NCBI RefSeq assembly: GCF_001194135.2
Contig: NC_068984.1
Span: forward strand, 25,608,121-25,672,120
Direction of reading: 5' to 3'
Length of the DNA stretch: 64,000 nt
DNA from: Octopus bimaculoides
Taxonomy: Eukaryota
Shown: positions 1-13,019 of the stretch, in pieces
Layout: every line of letters starts with the position of its first letter
Position numbering within the stretch: position 1 is the stretch's first letter
The notes under the pieces: generated by a model
What the model saw: the letters and a program-made list of their open reading frames with translations, nothing else
Told to the model about the DNA's origin: nothing
The model's database searches: none
Made by a program: the position numbers and the translations under genes

Positions 1-58
1 TATAGAACATAGAAGCAATTTTACTATCATTTGAAAATACACAATACATCACACTTAC

Positions 59-86
59 TTTACATATCAACCAAACATTCCCTATG
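59..86 (-). CDS. Candidate 28-nt internal exon of minus-strand host gene (only open frame: IGNVWLICK)
   Basis: Acceptor ttcccttttcag and perfect donor gtaagt flank it; one frame is open (phase 2 in, phase 0 out). No homology recognised. Confidence 0.35.
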
Positions 87-1581
87 CTGAAAAGGGAATT
101 TGTACTTTGAAATATTCATGAACTGGCTATTTTTAATTCTTTAATTTAATTGTTATTGAGATTATAACAAGCTTCATTAAAAATTGAATTATATTTGTTG
201 AAACATGATTGGTACTTATGTCAATTACATAAATTATGCCAAACAATATTCATTTGTCTCATACTAGGAAGAAAGAGATATTAAATCTAAGAAGGTGGAA
301 ACAGAAAAGAAATAAAGATCTTCTCTGAAAAAATACTACATATGAATAATTCCATCAAGTATTTATTCAGAAATAGAACTTTTCAAGCAAGTTCAAACAC
401 AAAATATTATATTTTGAACATATTCATAATATTTTAATTCAAGTTATTTTACTAATTACCAAATATAATAGATATTTATCCACAAAATCAAAACAAACCT
501 ATTTTAGTCATTGATTTCAAATTTATTCTTGTACTTTTTAAAGAAATTATAGTTAGCTTTCAATCAACTTTTATATTGCAATATAATGTTTAAACAAACA
601 TAATTGAAAAACAATTCTACAGATAAAATATCCATAAAATCCTCCCAAGAATTATTGTAGAATAATTATACATATGTAAAACATATCATTTTTACATTTT
701 GATTAATCTCCACAAATAAAAATTACCTCTGTACTATCTTATAAAGAGGCTTGAAGATACATCATACATCAACACAAGGTAATGTAGATTAACTATAAAA
801 TAATGTGAAAGCTATATTTATTTTTATACACAAACTGGACAGCAAAATGGCCTGGCAACCATTATATGCTGTACAAGCAACCAGTGTATATACTGAACAG
901 AAATAGAAGTAGAATATATCAGAAGTTGGGTGGGTTGATTGCAGCTAAGTATTAAGTCCATTACTGTCATGCCATAGGAGATCATGGTTTGAATTAGCAA
1001 CTAAATATATATATATATCATTATTATTTTGTTCAATAAAAAAAATATAAATAATATATTTTAAAATAACAACTATGACGCAAATACTTAAATATTGATT
1101 TGTAAAATAGACATAAAATCAGAAAATGTGGGAAGAAACAGCCAAGTGGATTGATTCTTGTATATTACATGGTACCTATTTAATTCACCCAGAAGGATGA
1201 AATGCATGATTTGAAGTCAAAACATAAAGAGATGTAATTAAATACCACAAGATTCAATCAAATCTGGCAACACATATATTCACATTATATTTTATAGTTA
1301 TTAATAGATTCCCAGACCAGACTGTGTGTTGTGCTTCGGAGCAAGACATTTTATTCCACGCTACTCCAGTTCAAGGAACTGTAGAAATGAGTTGCAACGT
1401 CATTGGTGTCAAGCTGTATCAGCCTTTGTCTTTCCCTTGGATAACATCAGTGGCAGGAAAAGGAGAGGTTGTTATGCATGGGGGACTGCTGGTCTTCCAT
1501 AAACAACCTTGCCCAAACTTGTGCCTCAGAGAGGAACTTTCTAGGTGCAATCCCATTGTCATTCATGACTGAAGGAGGTTT

Positions 1582-1647
1582 TTGCCCTTTTACTATTAGG
1601 TGTAGATGTAACTTTTGCCCTTTTACTATTAGGTGTAGATGTAACTG
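1582..1647 (+). repeat. 33-bp tandem duplication (ttttgcccttttactattaggtgtagatgtaac x2)
   Basis: Directly visible tandem repeat. Confidence 0.85.
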
Positions 1648-3007
1648 TGTGGTTAAGAAGCCTGCTTCCTGACCATATAATTTTGGGTTCAGTCAAACTG
1701 CACAGCATCCTGAGCAAATGCCTAGGACACATTAAAGCCTGGTCAATGGATTTGGTAGACAGAAACTAAATAAAGTCTGTCATAAATGTGTGCATGTATG
1801 TACTCTTATCATGAAATTCTGTGATTATGAATGAGCAGCACCATTATACAAACACTGTATACCTGGCCAAGGAAAATATTACCTTGCTTGGAAACAAGCA
1901 AGGGAATCTGGTTGTAGAAGGGCAACAGGAAGGGGATCTGGTTGTAGAAAATCTAGCTTTGCAAATTCCATCAGAAAAGAGAATATTAAATGATGACATA
2001 AATGATGATGATAATGATATATGAACTGCACAAAACACACAATACACAAATGCATCTTTAAATACTGCATGTTTAAACAAAGCTGCTGTATTAAGAAATA
2101 ATAGATTTTTAGAGGAAAGCTGCAGATAAAAATCCATGATACAATATACAGCTAACTGAAGTTAATATTGACAGTATGTGTATATGGATATGTCTTGTCT
2201 TTCAATATCACTAATAAAGCTGTAGTTTTACTTTGCATTTCTTTGATAAAGAAATACAAGGTAAAACTTCATGTTCTGTCTTCACTTTTGTATTTAATTT
2301 CACATTATTTTGGTCTAAACAAGTTTTTTATCTTATTTATTATCATCCAATGCTTCACCTAAACTACTCTATACCAAAGTTGTGCATTACATTTTTAAAA
2401 AACTAAACATTTTCAATTAGTAACAATAAATTATGGTTCAAACATATCTAAAGATTTAATAAATAATCATACTTCTTAAATTCACTGCTGTGTAGTTATT
2501 CTATTATTCTATTATATTCTAGTAATATCATAGGCCCTTTACAAGAACAGATAATTGAGAACTTTACAATAAATTTAGAAATGCAAGTCATTCATCACAG
2601 TCTCAGTTCTTCTATAATATAATCAGGGATGATCAGGTGAACATTGTATACACCTGTGTAGTGTTATGTCCATGACCATGACACAGAATTCTCAACAGTC
2701 CATTTGATCAAGCTATAAGTAAGCATATATTCATTGCTGCAAGCAGGAGCAGTAGTTTAACAATTAATGACTGTTTAATAGGCTTAAAAAAGCTGAATTC
2801 AACTGAATGAAGTCTAGGCATTATTAGACTAGCAACCCATCTCAGTAAAACATATGAATACTACATAAACCAGTGACACAAGAAATGAGTAATTTCATTT
2901 GTACCTCAATGTGATGTTTGGTAAACAGTGACGAACCTCAGTATTACAAGGAAAATATAGAACAGCTGTCCACATTGAGCATGCCAGTTATGAGCTATCA
3001 AGTAAAC

Positions 3008-3576
3008 CAGTGATTTTTCAACAGGGGGACCATGCAAGCAAAATAGTAAATTAGGCACCCACAGTAGAATTTTAAGGATCCATAAAAAATGTTGCTGTAG
3101 ATCAGTGATTCTCAAACTTTTTCATGTTGCCGCCACCTTGACACCCAGGCCACATTCCTAGTTCCCCCACCCCAACTAACCATCACAAACAAATTCAAAG
3201 CAACTGTATTTTACAAATAAAACTTAACCTAAAGAACCCATTATTTTGTTTGTTTTTACATGAATCACTACCTCATTACTGCCCCCATTTTTCTTCAATG
3301 CTCCCTTGGAACTTTCCACTGCCCCCAGGGAGGCAATAATGCCCACATTGGGAACCACTGCTTTAGATGTATTTATTGTAAGAAACAGCTACATTTCTTT
3401 CTCTAACATTTTACATAGTTCAACCTCTGCAAGTGAACGTGTGAAAAGCAAAATAGGAATTTTGAAAGAAGTATCTATAAAATTAGTTTTTAAATATCAA
3501 ATGGCCATGGGGGTCCACCAGAGTAAAATAATTATCAAAGTGATCCATAGGTAAGAAAAATGGTTGAGAACCCCAG
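3008..3576. mobile_element. Old hAT (Charlie/MER5-like) MITE hosting a nested MITE
   Basis: Degenerate termini CAGTGATTTTTCAAC...GTTGAGAACCCCAG; flanks aagtaaac / aaataaac (7 of 8 TSD match). Confidence 0.65.
3103..3360. mobile_element. hAT (Charlie/MER5-like) MITE
   Basis: TIRs CAGTGATTCTCAA...TTGGGAACCACTG; 8-bp TSD ctgtagat / ctttagat; same family as 12745-13019. Confidence 0.8.
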
Positions 3577-4262
3577 AAATAAACCATATGATTCCCTGAA
3601 CGCCAACCTTGTTCTGACAAACATGCAGTTCTCAAGAGTCTTTAAGCAGAAACATGTCAATGCTGACATCACAATAACAGATCCCCAGCCACATTTTTCT
3701 TTTCTTTTTTTTTTTCTTTTTTTCAAATGGTAGGCCTCACATTTCAACCAGTTTTATACAACCACCTGTTACTTGGGTGCTTTTCATAGAGTAACCATCA
3801 CCCCACCAACGATTTTTCTACCAATAATGATGTATGTGTTCTTGTAGATACACATCAGCCACATCAATCTCCCAACTCTGAGAGAGTTTACAATCGTCAT
3901 GGCCTCTCTTTCATCTATCTCCCTTAACTAACTTTATAAAAATTTCAAATTATCACAGTAAGCTGTGTTCAATATATAAAAAAAGATCAATACTTGTTGA
4001 TATTTTAGTAGATTAAGAATTTGAATTTGAGAAGAATTAATTGAACATATTCTTTCTATTTAAAACTTCTAGCAAATATGCAAAGTAGATTTTAAGGTGG
4101 GGTCAAACCTAATTTCTACCACATCAATATCAGAAACAGCATCATCTAAACTCACATATGGTATTCAAGGTTAAATATCTCCTCTTTCTGCTTGTCTCGA
4201 TGCCTAGTTTCCTGTTTTGCAAACTCATAAGTATTATAGAAAGAACTTTCTCATACAAAATA

Positions 4263-4375
4263 TCATCATCATCATCGTTTCAACATCCACTTTCCATGCT
4301 GGCATGGGTTGGACTGTTTGACTGAAGACTGGCAAGCCAGGAGGCAGCACCAGGCTCCAGTCTGTTCTGGCAAGA
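4263..4375 (-). mobile_element. 5'-truncated RTE LINE 3' end with (GAT)n tail
   Basis: Matches the 3' module at 14903, 22449 and 28463. Confidence 0.75.
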
Positions 4376-5026
4376 TATTTCATAAAAGAGACTTATTTTC
4401 ATATGTTTGAAAGATTTTAAAACTATAATCTAAATGTAAACAAACTTTCTTGCTTGTAAAATTAAATGTCTAATCTGAGCAGCAGGAAGTCAGAGAATTG
4501 CTTTGGTATAATGGTATTGCAACTGACCAGGTTATAGCAAATGCATGGTTCAAGCCCTGCACATGACTGTCTGCTCTTTTTCTGTCCAAGGGATTTTTTT
4601 TTAACCCACTGTATTATGAGCTATTATTTATGCTACATTCATATTCAAGATACTTTGTAAGACATCCACATTCTTACAACATGATCAAGATATTTCAACG
4701 AAACTCAGAGCGAAAAATAAAAAGAATATGAATAAATTTAATAATATAATATCCTGTTCAATCACCAACATAAGTGATTATATCAGTAGAAGTGAAATCT
4801 GTCTAAGCATGCTATTGATACTGAATACTTGCTACCAATGATGCACAGACATAGAAATCTGGATTTAGCAATTCCATCACAGCTATGAGATGCTTTGCAG
4901 CTCCTACTGATATGCTTCTGTGTTTTTTTAGCAGTATAGGACTTTGCAAGATGCTTTCTCAATCTGAATACCACAGTGTTATGGCTTCCTACAGTATATC
5001 CACTTTAAGTAAGTCGCACAGAATGC

Positions 5027-5102
<76 letters not shown>

Positions 5103-5191
5103 AAGAGAGAGAAATAGAGTGAGAAAGACACACACACACATGTAATGTATGTCTGTATATGTAGACAAAGTTGATAAATCATTTGTCTTAC

Positions 5192-5262
5192 ATTTGACAA
5201 TGATGACTCAACCAATACAAAACATATTGCTAACGCAGTTTTAGCTTTGTCTTCATGGTATT
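5192..5262 (-). CDS. Candidate internal exon (EYHEDKAKTALAICFVLVESSLSN)
   Basis: Acceptor gattattttag, donor gtaaga; open and phase-compatible with candidate exon 5879-5916. Confidence 0.3.
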
Positions 5263-5878
5263 CTAAAATAATCCTACAGCCTACAGAAGACGCAAGATGA
5301 AAGTAAATCAATACCATCAACAAGTGGTTAAAATAATTTTCTATATATGCCAACATGACTAGCAAAGTAAATATACGTATATGTTTGCTTAACTGTCAAG
5401 TATAAGATTTAATTCTGGACCAGAAGATTTCAAATATAACTGCATGTCTCTCAGTTTCTGACCATTGTTTTCACCAAAATTCATAATTTTCATCAATTGA
5501 TTAAACTGTACAGTTTTCTAACATATTGTCAGTATCGCTAGCTTATGGTCACAGTAACCCTAACCAAATCTATAATTAGAACAATCATACCATAGGAGCT
5601 TGTTTGTATTCATATCAAGTGACTTTTAAAACTGAAAATATATATCCATGCAAATAACCATATTGGAAAAAAAGTTGTTCCTACATTTCAGCTTGTGTCA
5701 TGATCATACAACTGAGCTCAGAAGTGTATTCACCTACATGAATGTGCATTATATTTATAATATAAGAAATAAATAACAAAGATCTAAAAATTTGATTTGA
5801 AAAACTGCTCATAGATAAGTAACAAATTACTCAGAAAAATAAGCAAAAAGAAATATTTTTTTCAAAAAAAAGTCTTAC

Positions 5879-5916
5879 CCTCTGAGTCCTTCTTTCTGGT
5901 GGCTTTTGTAGACATA
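5879..5916 (-). CDS. Candidate 38-nt exon (MSTKATRKKDSE or alternative frames)
   Basis: Acceptor accattttacag, donor AGG|gtaaga; all three frames open, so the reading frame is unresolved. Confidence 0.3.
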
Positions 5917-6282
5917 CTGTAAAATGGTAATTTCCATACAAAGCCATGATTCAAATTTGCTAAGTGTCCTTTTTGACAAGGAATTCTAGTAATCAATTAT
6001 TTAGTGGGGGGATGTCATACATAAAGCTGTTAGTAATTATTAATCCAAAATCATCCACAAAGTATCTGGAACTGTTGTTATTGTTGCAAAGTTCATCATA
6101 GAGTGGCAGACCATCATTTTGAGATTTCATTGAAATGCAGTTGACCCCAAAATAACTGAAATATAAAATAAATAAAAAAATTTAAATTAAAAACAGATTT
6201 AGTATATATATATATATATATACCAAAGATGTACTTGCATAACAAGCATTTTGATCTGAAATCATGTGCTGAAACTAAAGTG

Positions 6283-6505
6283 ACTGTAGTGTGGTGGACA
6301 TTAAGTTAGCCATTCAGAAACACACAAAGACTGTCGACTACACTGAAACATTTATTTGTAATTCAGTGTCAAAATTTTCATCACTTGAAACTGCAACCTG
6401 TTTGCTTACAAAAAATTTTGCTGCATTTTTACAAATAACTGTTTAAGTGAAGTTGATAGTCTTTGTGTGTTTCAGAATGGCTAAGTTATGTCTACCATGC
6501 TGCAA
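6283..6505. mobile_element. MITE with about 60-bp inverted termini
   Basis: ttagccattcagaaacacacaaagact and its near reverse complement agtctttgtgtgtttcagaatggctaa. Confidence 0.75.
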
Positions 6506-7739
6506 TCGCTAGAATATGACAAACAAAAAATACAAACTAGGAAGAAGAATGGCGTTTCAAACATTGTAGGCATCTATAGAAATAGATGTCTTGCTCAAAA
6601 AAAAAAAAAAAACTACAAAAATAAGAATCTAGAACAAACTAGATATCTGCAGCCTGATACACCCAACAATGTTGTCTCTATTATTACTGATAGGTAAGAG
6701 ATTTCTTTGTAGTTAGCAAAATATCTATTTGGTGTTAAAATACCTGTGCATGGTGCATTCAACATAGAACAGCTGCACCCAAACCATCACATACTGCCTG
6801 TTACCAGAACCAAATCCAATAACAAGGTTGACTGAGATGAGTTATGGGGTGTCTTTTTCTTGTCTTCTCAAAACCAACAGAAGAATATGAATGCTGTTCT
6901 ACAAGCTAATAAAAGAATTAATTTACAGCCCTGCTGTTTGGTTCAGTAAACAGAGCTAATTAAACTGCTTTGGCGTTCTTTTCTAATAGTTCTATATCTG
7001 TATGAATGGAATTTGATGTGAGAAACATTTAAAGCTTAAGGTTTATAATTGATAAGGAAAATATACAAAAGAAAAAAAAAAACATATCATCCCAGCTATT
7101 CCTACCGTGATGCACATCATATATATACACACGTGTGTGTGTGTGTGTTTGATTTACGTATGTGTGTGTGTGTGTTTGATTTACGTATGTTATATATACA
7201 TAGGTTGAAGCATTAAGCAAATGAATGTTGATGCAGATACACAGACTACTCTTTAAAAAGTGTTGCCAAAGAGATATGAATAGATTTTTAAAATTTGCCA
7301 ACCGGATATTGTAAAAATACATGTGTAGCTATAGATATAAATGTAATGCAATAAAAATAATCCTTTCTCTTTTTTTCTTTTTTCTGGTGTAGGATATCTA
7401 AATTATCTATCTTGTAAATGCAAAAACCATACACAAATTTTTTTAAAAATAACCCAGCCGTATATTAAAAAAACATTAAGATAAAGTTCATGGAGGAATT
7501 TTGCCAAGAAACTCTACAGGATTTTATGATATACATGTTGATATTTGCATTAGAATGAAGGTGTCCTTTTCATAATATATGTAAGTACAGGTGAATGCAT
7601 AGGCTTTATATATATATATATATATATATAAACATATGTACTTATACATGATGTTTTTTGCTAGAGAATAAGTTATGATTCAATAAATGTGCAATGTTAA
7701 CATTTGAAGAGCATAAGTGAACGAAAGAAATAACTAGAC

Positions 7740-7980
7740 ATCAGATGCTTGAGCAGATATGTGATGTAGAAAAGACAGCCAAGCTGGTTTGGTCTTGTGC
7801 TGAGATTGCATGATGAAAGCTTGGTTAAGAAAAAAAGAAAAGGCTTTGCTGCAAGTAGGCTTTGAAAGTTATCCTTAGTAGAACGAAGTCGAGGATATGG
7901 AAACTAATAGGATACATTTGGACAACTGACTGTTACAGGGAAGACGATATAGGATCAAGATGTGGAAAACTATTAGGTTG
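7740..7980 (+). mobile_element. Decayed RTE LINE C-terminal fragment
   Basis: Degenerate RLxWFGHVxR-like segment (aagctggtttggtcttgtgctgaga). Confidence 0.45.
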
Positions 7981-8262
7981 CAAATTTCATATAACCTAGT
8001 TCTGCAGAGTAAAGTAAATCATTATGGACATGCATACATAATGGGTGCAAATGTGCATGCATGTGTGTGTAAGTGTGTGTGTGCTTATGTGAGCAAGTTT
8101 GTATTTCCTACATTTTCACATGTATTCTCTGCACTGATTGTAAATAAAGACACTGTCAACATAGCTATTATGTACAATCAGTAAATATATGTGCTTGTGT
8201 GAGCAAATTTATGTTTATTAACTTGTTCACAAAAGCAGAGGGAAAAGGGGAAAGAGAGAGAG

Positions 8263-8293
<31 letters not shown>

Positions 8294-8924
8294 CACACAC
8301 ACACACACATGGCAAGTTTCTTTCAGTTTCTTCCCTTAATTTTATTTCTAATACTGCTTTTTATCTATGATAAGACAATATTAATTTTGTCCTGAATTTT
8401 TACTCTTTTACTTACATATCTGGTTTACTTACAGGCAAATTACCAAGTCAGAATAGTATTATCGCAAATGTTAAAATCCAGACTATTTTTCATTTTATAT
8501 AAATATTCAAAGTAACATAAACCATGTAGTAGTGAAAATGATTGCTTTATGCAACAAGTAACCTGTGATAAATTGATTTTTCTTTTAGCTAAGCTGAACT
8601 GAGCAGTTAAGTATTTTAATTTTATCTTGAGATTATATTAATAAAGATTAAAAATAATAGATGGAGGGTGTGTTTCTACTCATAGAAAAATTTCTGACAC
8701 TGTTATTTTATAATATTGTTGTCAAATTGAATATGCAAATTACATCATAGGAAATATAACCCTTTCGTTACTAACCTGGCCGTAGCCAGCCGAAAAATGT
8801 TTTGGTTCATAAGACCAACCAGGCCATAGCCAGCCGAGAGTACACATTGTTAGTTAAATGTAAATTTGAACCCAAATCTCATTAGTACATTCGTGAAAAC
8901 ACGTGATTTCACTTTGCAAACAGT

Positions 8925-9690
8925 TGAGTTGGTAAGACAGCTGCAGGAGAAATACCTAACCAAAGATAAACCTCTGTACCTGGCTTTCGTTGACATGGAG
9001 AAAGCCTTTGATAGGGTCCTCCGATCCCTTATTTGGTGGTCAATGAGAAAACTAGGGATAGATGAATGGTTAATGAGAGCTTTGCGAGCCATGCACAGGG
9101 ACGCTGTCAGTAAGGTGAGGGTTGGCAACGAATATAGTGAAGAATTCCGGGTAGAGGTAGGGGTCCACCAAGGTTCAGTCCTAAGCCCCCTCCTATTTAT
9201 CATAGTCTTCCAGGAAATAACAGAGGAATTCAAGACAGGATGCCCCTGGGAGCTCCTCTATGCTGATGACCTTGCTCTAATTGCTGAGTCAGTGTCAGAA
9301 CTAGAGGAGAAGTTTCAGGTGTGGAAGCAAGGATTAGAATCGAAGGGCCTTAGAGTCAATTTAGCTAAAACCAAAGTCTTAATAAGTAGGAAGTCAGACA
9401 AACCACAAATCCCTTCAGGTAGATGGCCCTGCTCAATCTGTAGAAAAGGCGTAGGTAGAAACGTAGAAACTCTATAAGATGTACCCAGTGTAAGCTATGG
9501 ACACATAAGAGGTGCAGCAATATCAAAGGAAGGCTAACTAGGAAGATAGTTTTTGTATGTGGCACATGCTCAGGAGCAATAAACACTGAAAATGTGCAGA
9601 GAACAACTTCTGCCACATTCCAGGGAGAAAAACTCAAAGTAGTTGATAGCTTCCATTACACAGGTGACCAAGTCAGTAGCGGGGGAGGGT
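8925..9690 (+). mobile_element. RTE-clade LINE reverse transcriptase fragment plus Cys/His (PHD-like) domain, frameshifted
   Basis: ORF 8866-9477 carries AFVDMEKAFDRV, GVHQGSVLSPLLF and LLYADDL; after removing the 8-nt duplication gtagaaac (9455-9470) it reads on as CTQCKLWTHKRC...CGTC. Confidence 0.95.
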
Positions 9691-10019
9691 GCGCAATAGT
9701 AAAAGACACTTCTACTACAGTGCCCCAAAGTGCCACGCAGTGGGACTAAACTCAAAACTATATGGTTACAAAACAAACTTAACCATGCATACATACACCC
9801 ATACCTGTAACTACAAAAAAAAAAAGTTAGGTCTTACTGACTTATCAAATCTATTAAAATAATATCTTCAAACACAATATTGCCTTTTCCTCACTACATA
9901 ATTCAAATTATATTTTTAAATGCTAACTACATCAAATACATTAACGAAAGCTATTGTTCTGCATACAGATGGCATATGAGCATATGAGTAAAAATGTGTT
10001 TGTTTTGTTTGCTTTTTTA

Positions 10020-10290
10020 AATAACACATCAATGTTTGACTACTTAAGCAGCTGCTTCAATCTGAAGTCAAGTTTCCATGAACCATGTTATCACCAAACC
10101 AGTTATTTTCTTCTAAGAACACACATCAGTTTCTGATAATTCATTCAATGACTTTGTTGATTTGCAAAGTCAGAGATATAGGCCTGTAATTTTCAACATC
10201 TACTCTGCTGCCTCTTATGGATAAGATATATTATACTATCTTTGAAGTTCTTTGAGAGAAACAGAGTTTGCCATTATCAGGTAATCTTTG
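10020..10290 (-). mobile_element. Old CR1/L2-type LINE RT remnant
   Basis: Minus strand reads ENYRPISLT..INKVIE with stops. Confidence 0.7.
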
Positions 10291-10419
10291 GAAAAGTATC
10301 TGAAGTGGTTGCCTATATTATTTTTACATGTTTCTAGGAGACATGGCAAAAAAAAAAAAAAAAAAATACCAAATTTTGTTACTAATGTCAAACTCGCTAT
10401 TGTCATCACTGATAAACTG

Positions 10420-10501
<82 letters not shown>

Positions 10502-10570
10502 TATACAAATACACAATACAAATACATATATAATTATATATACACACACACATACATACACAAATACATA

Positions 10571-10616
<46 letters not shown>

Positions 10617-11310
10617 CAAATATTTTTATACACATGCACACACACACACACACAAATGGCTATCTACACACTATTTTTGTCTGAAAGCTTGTGATATGTG
10701 TGCATGTAATAATGTATATAACATGTATAATGTATATACAAAAATGGTATGCCACTAAATATAATATTTTGTCTCAGAGAAACTTTTCAAAAGAGACATG
10801 TGTCATAAAACTCTAATGCTGTTTCAAATGCACAAATCATTGAATGTTTATTTACCGATTTCTACATGGGAAGAAATATTTTTAGCTTGGTTCAGAATGT
10901 CCAGAAGGTGTCTGTCACTGAGAAGACCAAATCCAATTGAAACACCATGAAAAAGGATCCAACAACAACAACATTCCAAGTTACACATATGTTTTTTAAT
11001 ATGAGTCATTTTGAGAAATTTCTCTAAGATAAAATATTAGTTATCAGTATGCTGTATTTGTATATATGTTATCAATGTTATGCACAACAGTTTATATATA
11101 CACAAGCATCCATTCATATGTAATGTTTTTTCAGCCATTGGATAAGGTTTCATCAAACAAATAACCCATGTACCTATTTTTAATTGTGGCATTTATTTTA
11201 TCAGTCTCCTTTGCTAAACTACTATGTTATGAGAGCATAAACAAACCAACATCAGTTGTCAAGTGGCAGAGAAGGAACAAGCACAAATGTAAATATAAAT
11301 TATATATATA

Positions 11311-11716
11311 GGCGCAGGAGTGGCTGTGTGGTAAGTAGCTTGCTTACCAACCACATGGTTCCGGGTTCAGTCCCACTGCATGGCACCTTGGGCAAGTGTC
11401 TTCTACTATAGCCTCGGGCCAACCAAAGCCTTGTGAGTGGATTTGGTAGGCGGAAACTGAAAGAAGCCCGTCGTATACATGTATATATATATGTGTGTGT
11501 GTGTATGTTTGTGTGTCTGTTTGTCATCACTTGACAACTAATGCTGGTGTGTTTACGTCCCCGTAACTTAGTGGTTCGGCAAAAGAGACTGATAGAATAA
11601 GTACTAGGCTTACAAAGAATAAGTCCTGGGGTTGATTTGCTCGACTAAAGGTGGTGCTCCAGCATGGTCGCAGTCAAATGACTGAAACAAGTAAAAGAGT
11701 AAAAAGAGTAAAGAGT
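11311..11716 (+). mobile_element. Full-length tRNA-derived SINE, family A (CORE-like centre, internal microsatellite)
   Basis: A/B-box head (tggctgtgtgg, ggttcagtccc), ggcaccttgggcaagtgtcttctac core, (AAAGAGT)n-type tail; many paralogues in the window. Confidence 0.9.
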
Positions 11717-12241
11717 ATATGGCAGGTTTCCACACAGTTTCCAAGTACTAAATTCACTCACAAATTTTCAAACAAAAAAATTTGAATTCAGAGCTGATTG
11801 CCTTTGCTAACTTATCAGACTGATCTAGTTTTCATTGCTGAATCTGTCAAGTATTATTGAAAATGTTCCTAACACAGAAGAATGGTGTATAACTCAAAAG
11901 CTTCAAGACCAACATACCAGAAAATATCAATTTGTAACAGAATGCAAGACATCTGTATCAACTGGAAAATAGCTATGCTTGACATAATCCAAAGAAACAG
12001 AGTGAAACTTGGCACTGAGTACTCAAGTAATGCAAATAATCGGTGCACAAAAGATCTAAAAATCTCTGGGAAATTGACAGGAAGCTGGAGACTACGGAAG
12101 TGATAAATTTATTGGAGTAAGCATAAAATATACTTCTGATATATCCATGAATACTGATGTGGCTTTCTAGATGTAGATAATTTCTGTCATCTGCATGACT
12201 TCATTATCACTAAAGATGGTTGTAGTATTAGTATATAGTAA

Positions 12242-12615
12242 ATTATTTACATTTGACGGATATTTGTCCTCATCTTGTTTGTTGTTAACACAACATTTCA
12301 GCTGATATACCCTCCAGCCTTCATCAGGTGTCTTGGGGAAATTTCAAACCGCGGTTCTCATTCCTAAGGTATCTTTCAAAGTTATTTATTCAGATCACTG
12401 CCTGGAATCGAATCCAGGCAGTGACCTGAATAATAATAATAATATCAAAAGATACCTCAGGAATGAGAACCCAGGTTTGAAATTTCCCCAAGACACCTGA
12501 TGAAGGCTGGAGGGTATATCAGCTGAAATGTTGTGTTAACAACAAACAAGATGAGGACAAATATCCGTCAAATGTAAATAATGTATATAATTCCTCATCC
12601 CTTAAATATAGAACT
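12242..12615. mobile_element. Penelope-like palindromic element (inverted arm, direct arm, short tail) with hammerhead motifs
   Basis: About 170-bp arms centred near 12412; exact 17-bp TSD gtattagtatatagtaa at 12225-12241 and 12616-12632. Confidence 0.8.
12492..12537 (+). ncRNA. Minimal type I hammerhead ribozyme-like motif (mirror copy on minus strand, 12286-12332)
   Basis: GACAC-CTGATGA-A-GGCTG..CAGCT-GAAA-TG-TT-GTGTT; stems I and II pair. Confidence 0.6.
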
Positions 12616-12744
12616 GTATTAGTATATAGTAAGGTAAATATGAAATTTTACATACATTTCCTCTGCTGGCGTCAAAGAGTTTCTCTTTCTGTGTAAAAAA
12701 ATAGACTCCATAGAAGCCTGTGTAAAGTATGTGATGCTGTAAGG

Positions 12745-13019
12745 CAGTGATTCCCAAACATTTTCAGGCTGCTACCCCCTTGATACCCAGACCACATTCC
12801 TAGCGCCCTCACTCTGACTAACCATCACAAAGATAGACTTCTTTCTGAAGCAAATTCAAAGCAATTGTATTTCACAAATAAAACTTAACTTAATGAACCC
12901 ATTATTTTGTTGCTTTTACATGAATCACTACCCCATTATCACCCCACTTCAATACCCCCTTGAAACTTTCCACCACCACCCCAGGGGAGGGGCAATACTG
13001 CCCACTTTGGGAACCACTG
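12745..13019. mobile_element. hAT (Charlie/MER5-like) MITE
   Basis: CAGTGATTCCCAAA...TTTGGGAACCACTG; TSD ctgtaagg / atataagg (6 of 8). Confidence 0.8.

Noticed and set aside
727-792. Minus-strand segment with good acceptor and donor
   Set aside because: Stops in all three frames.
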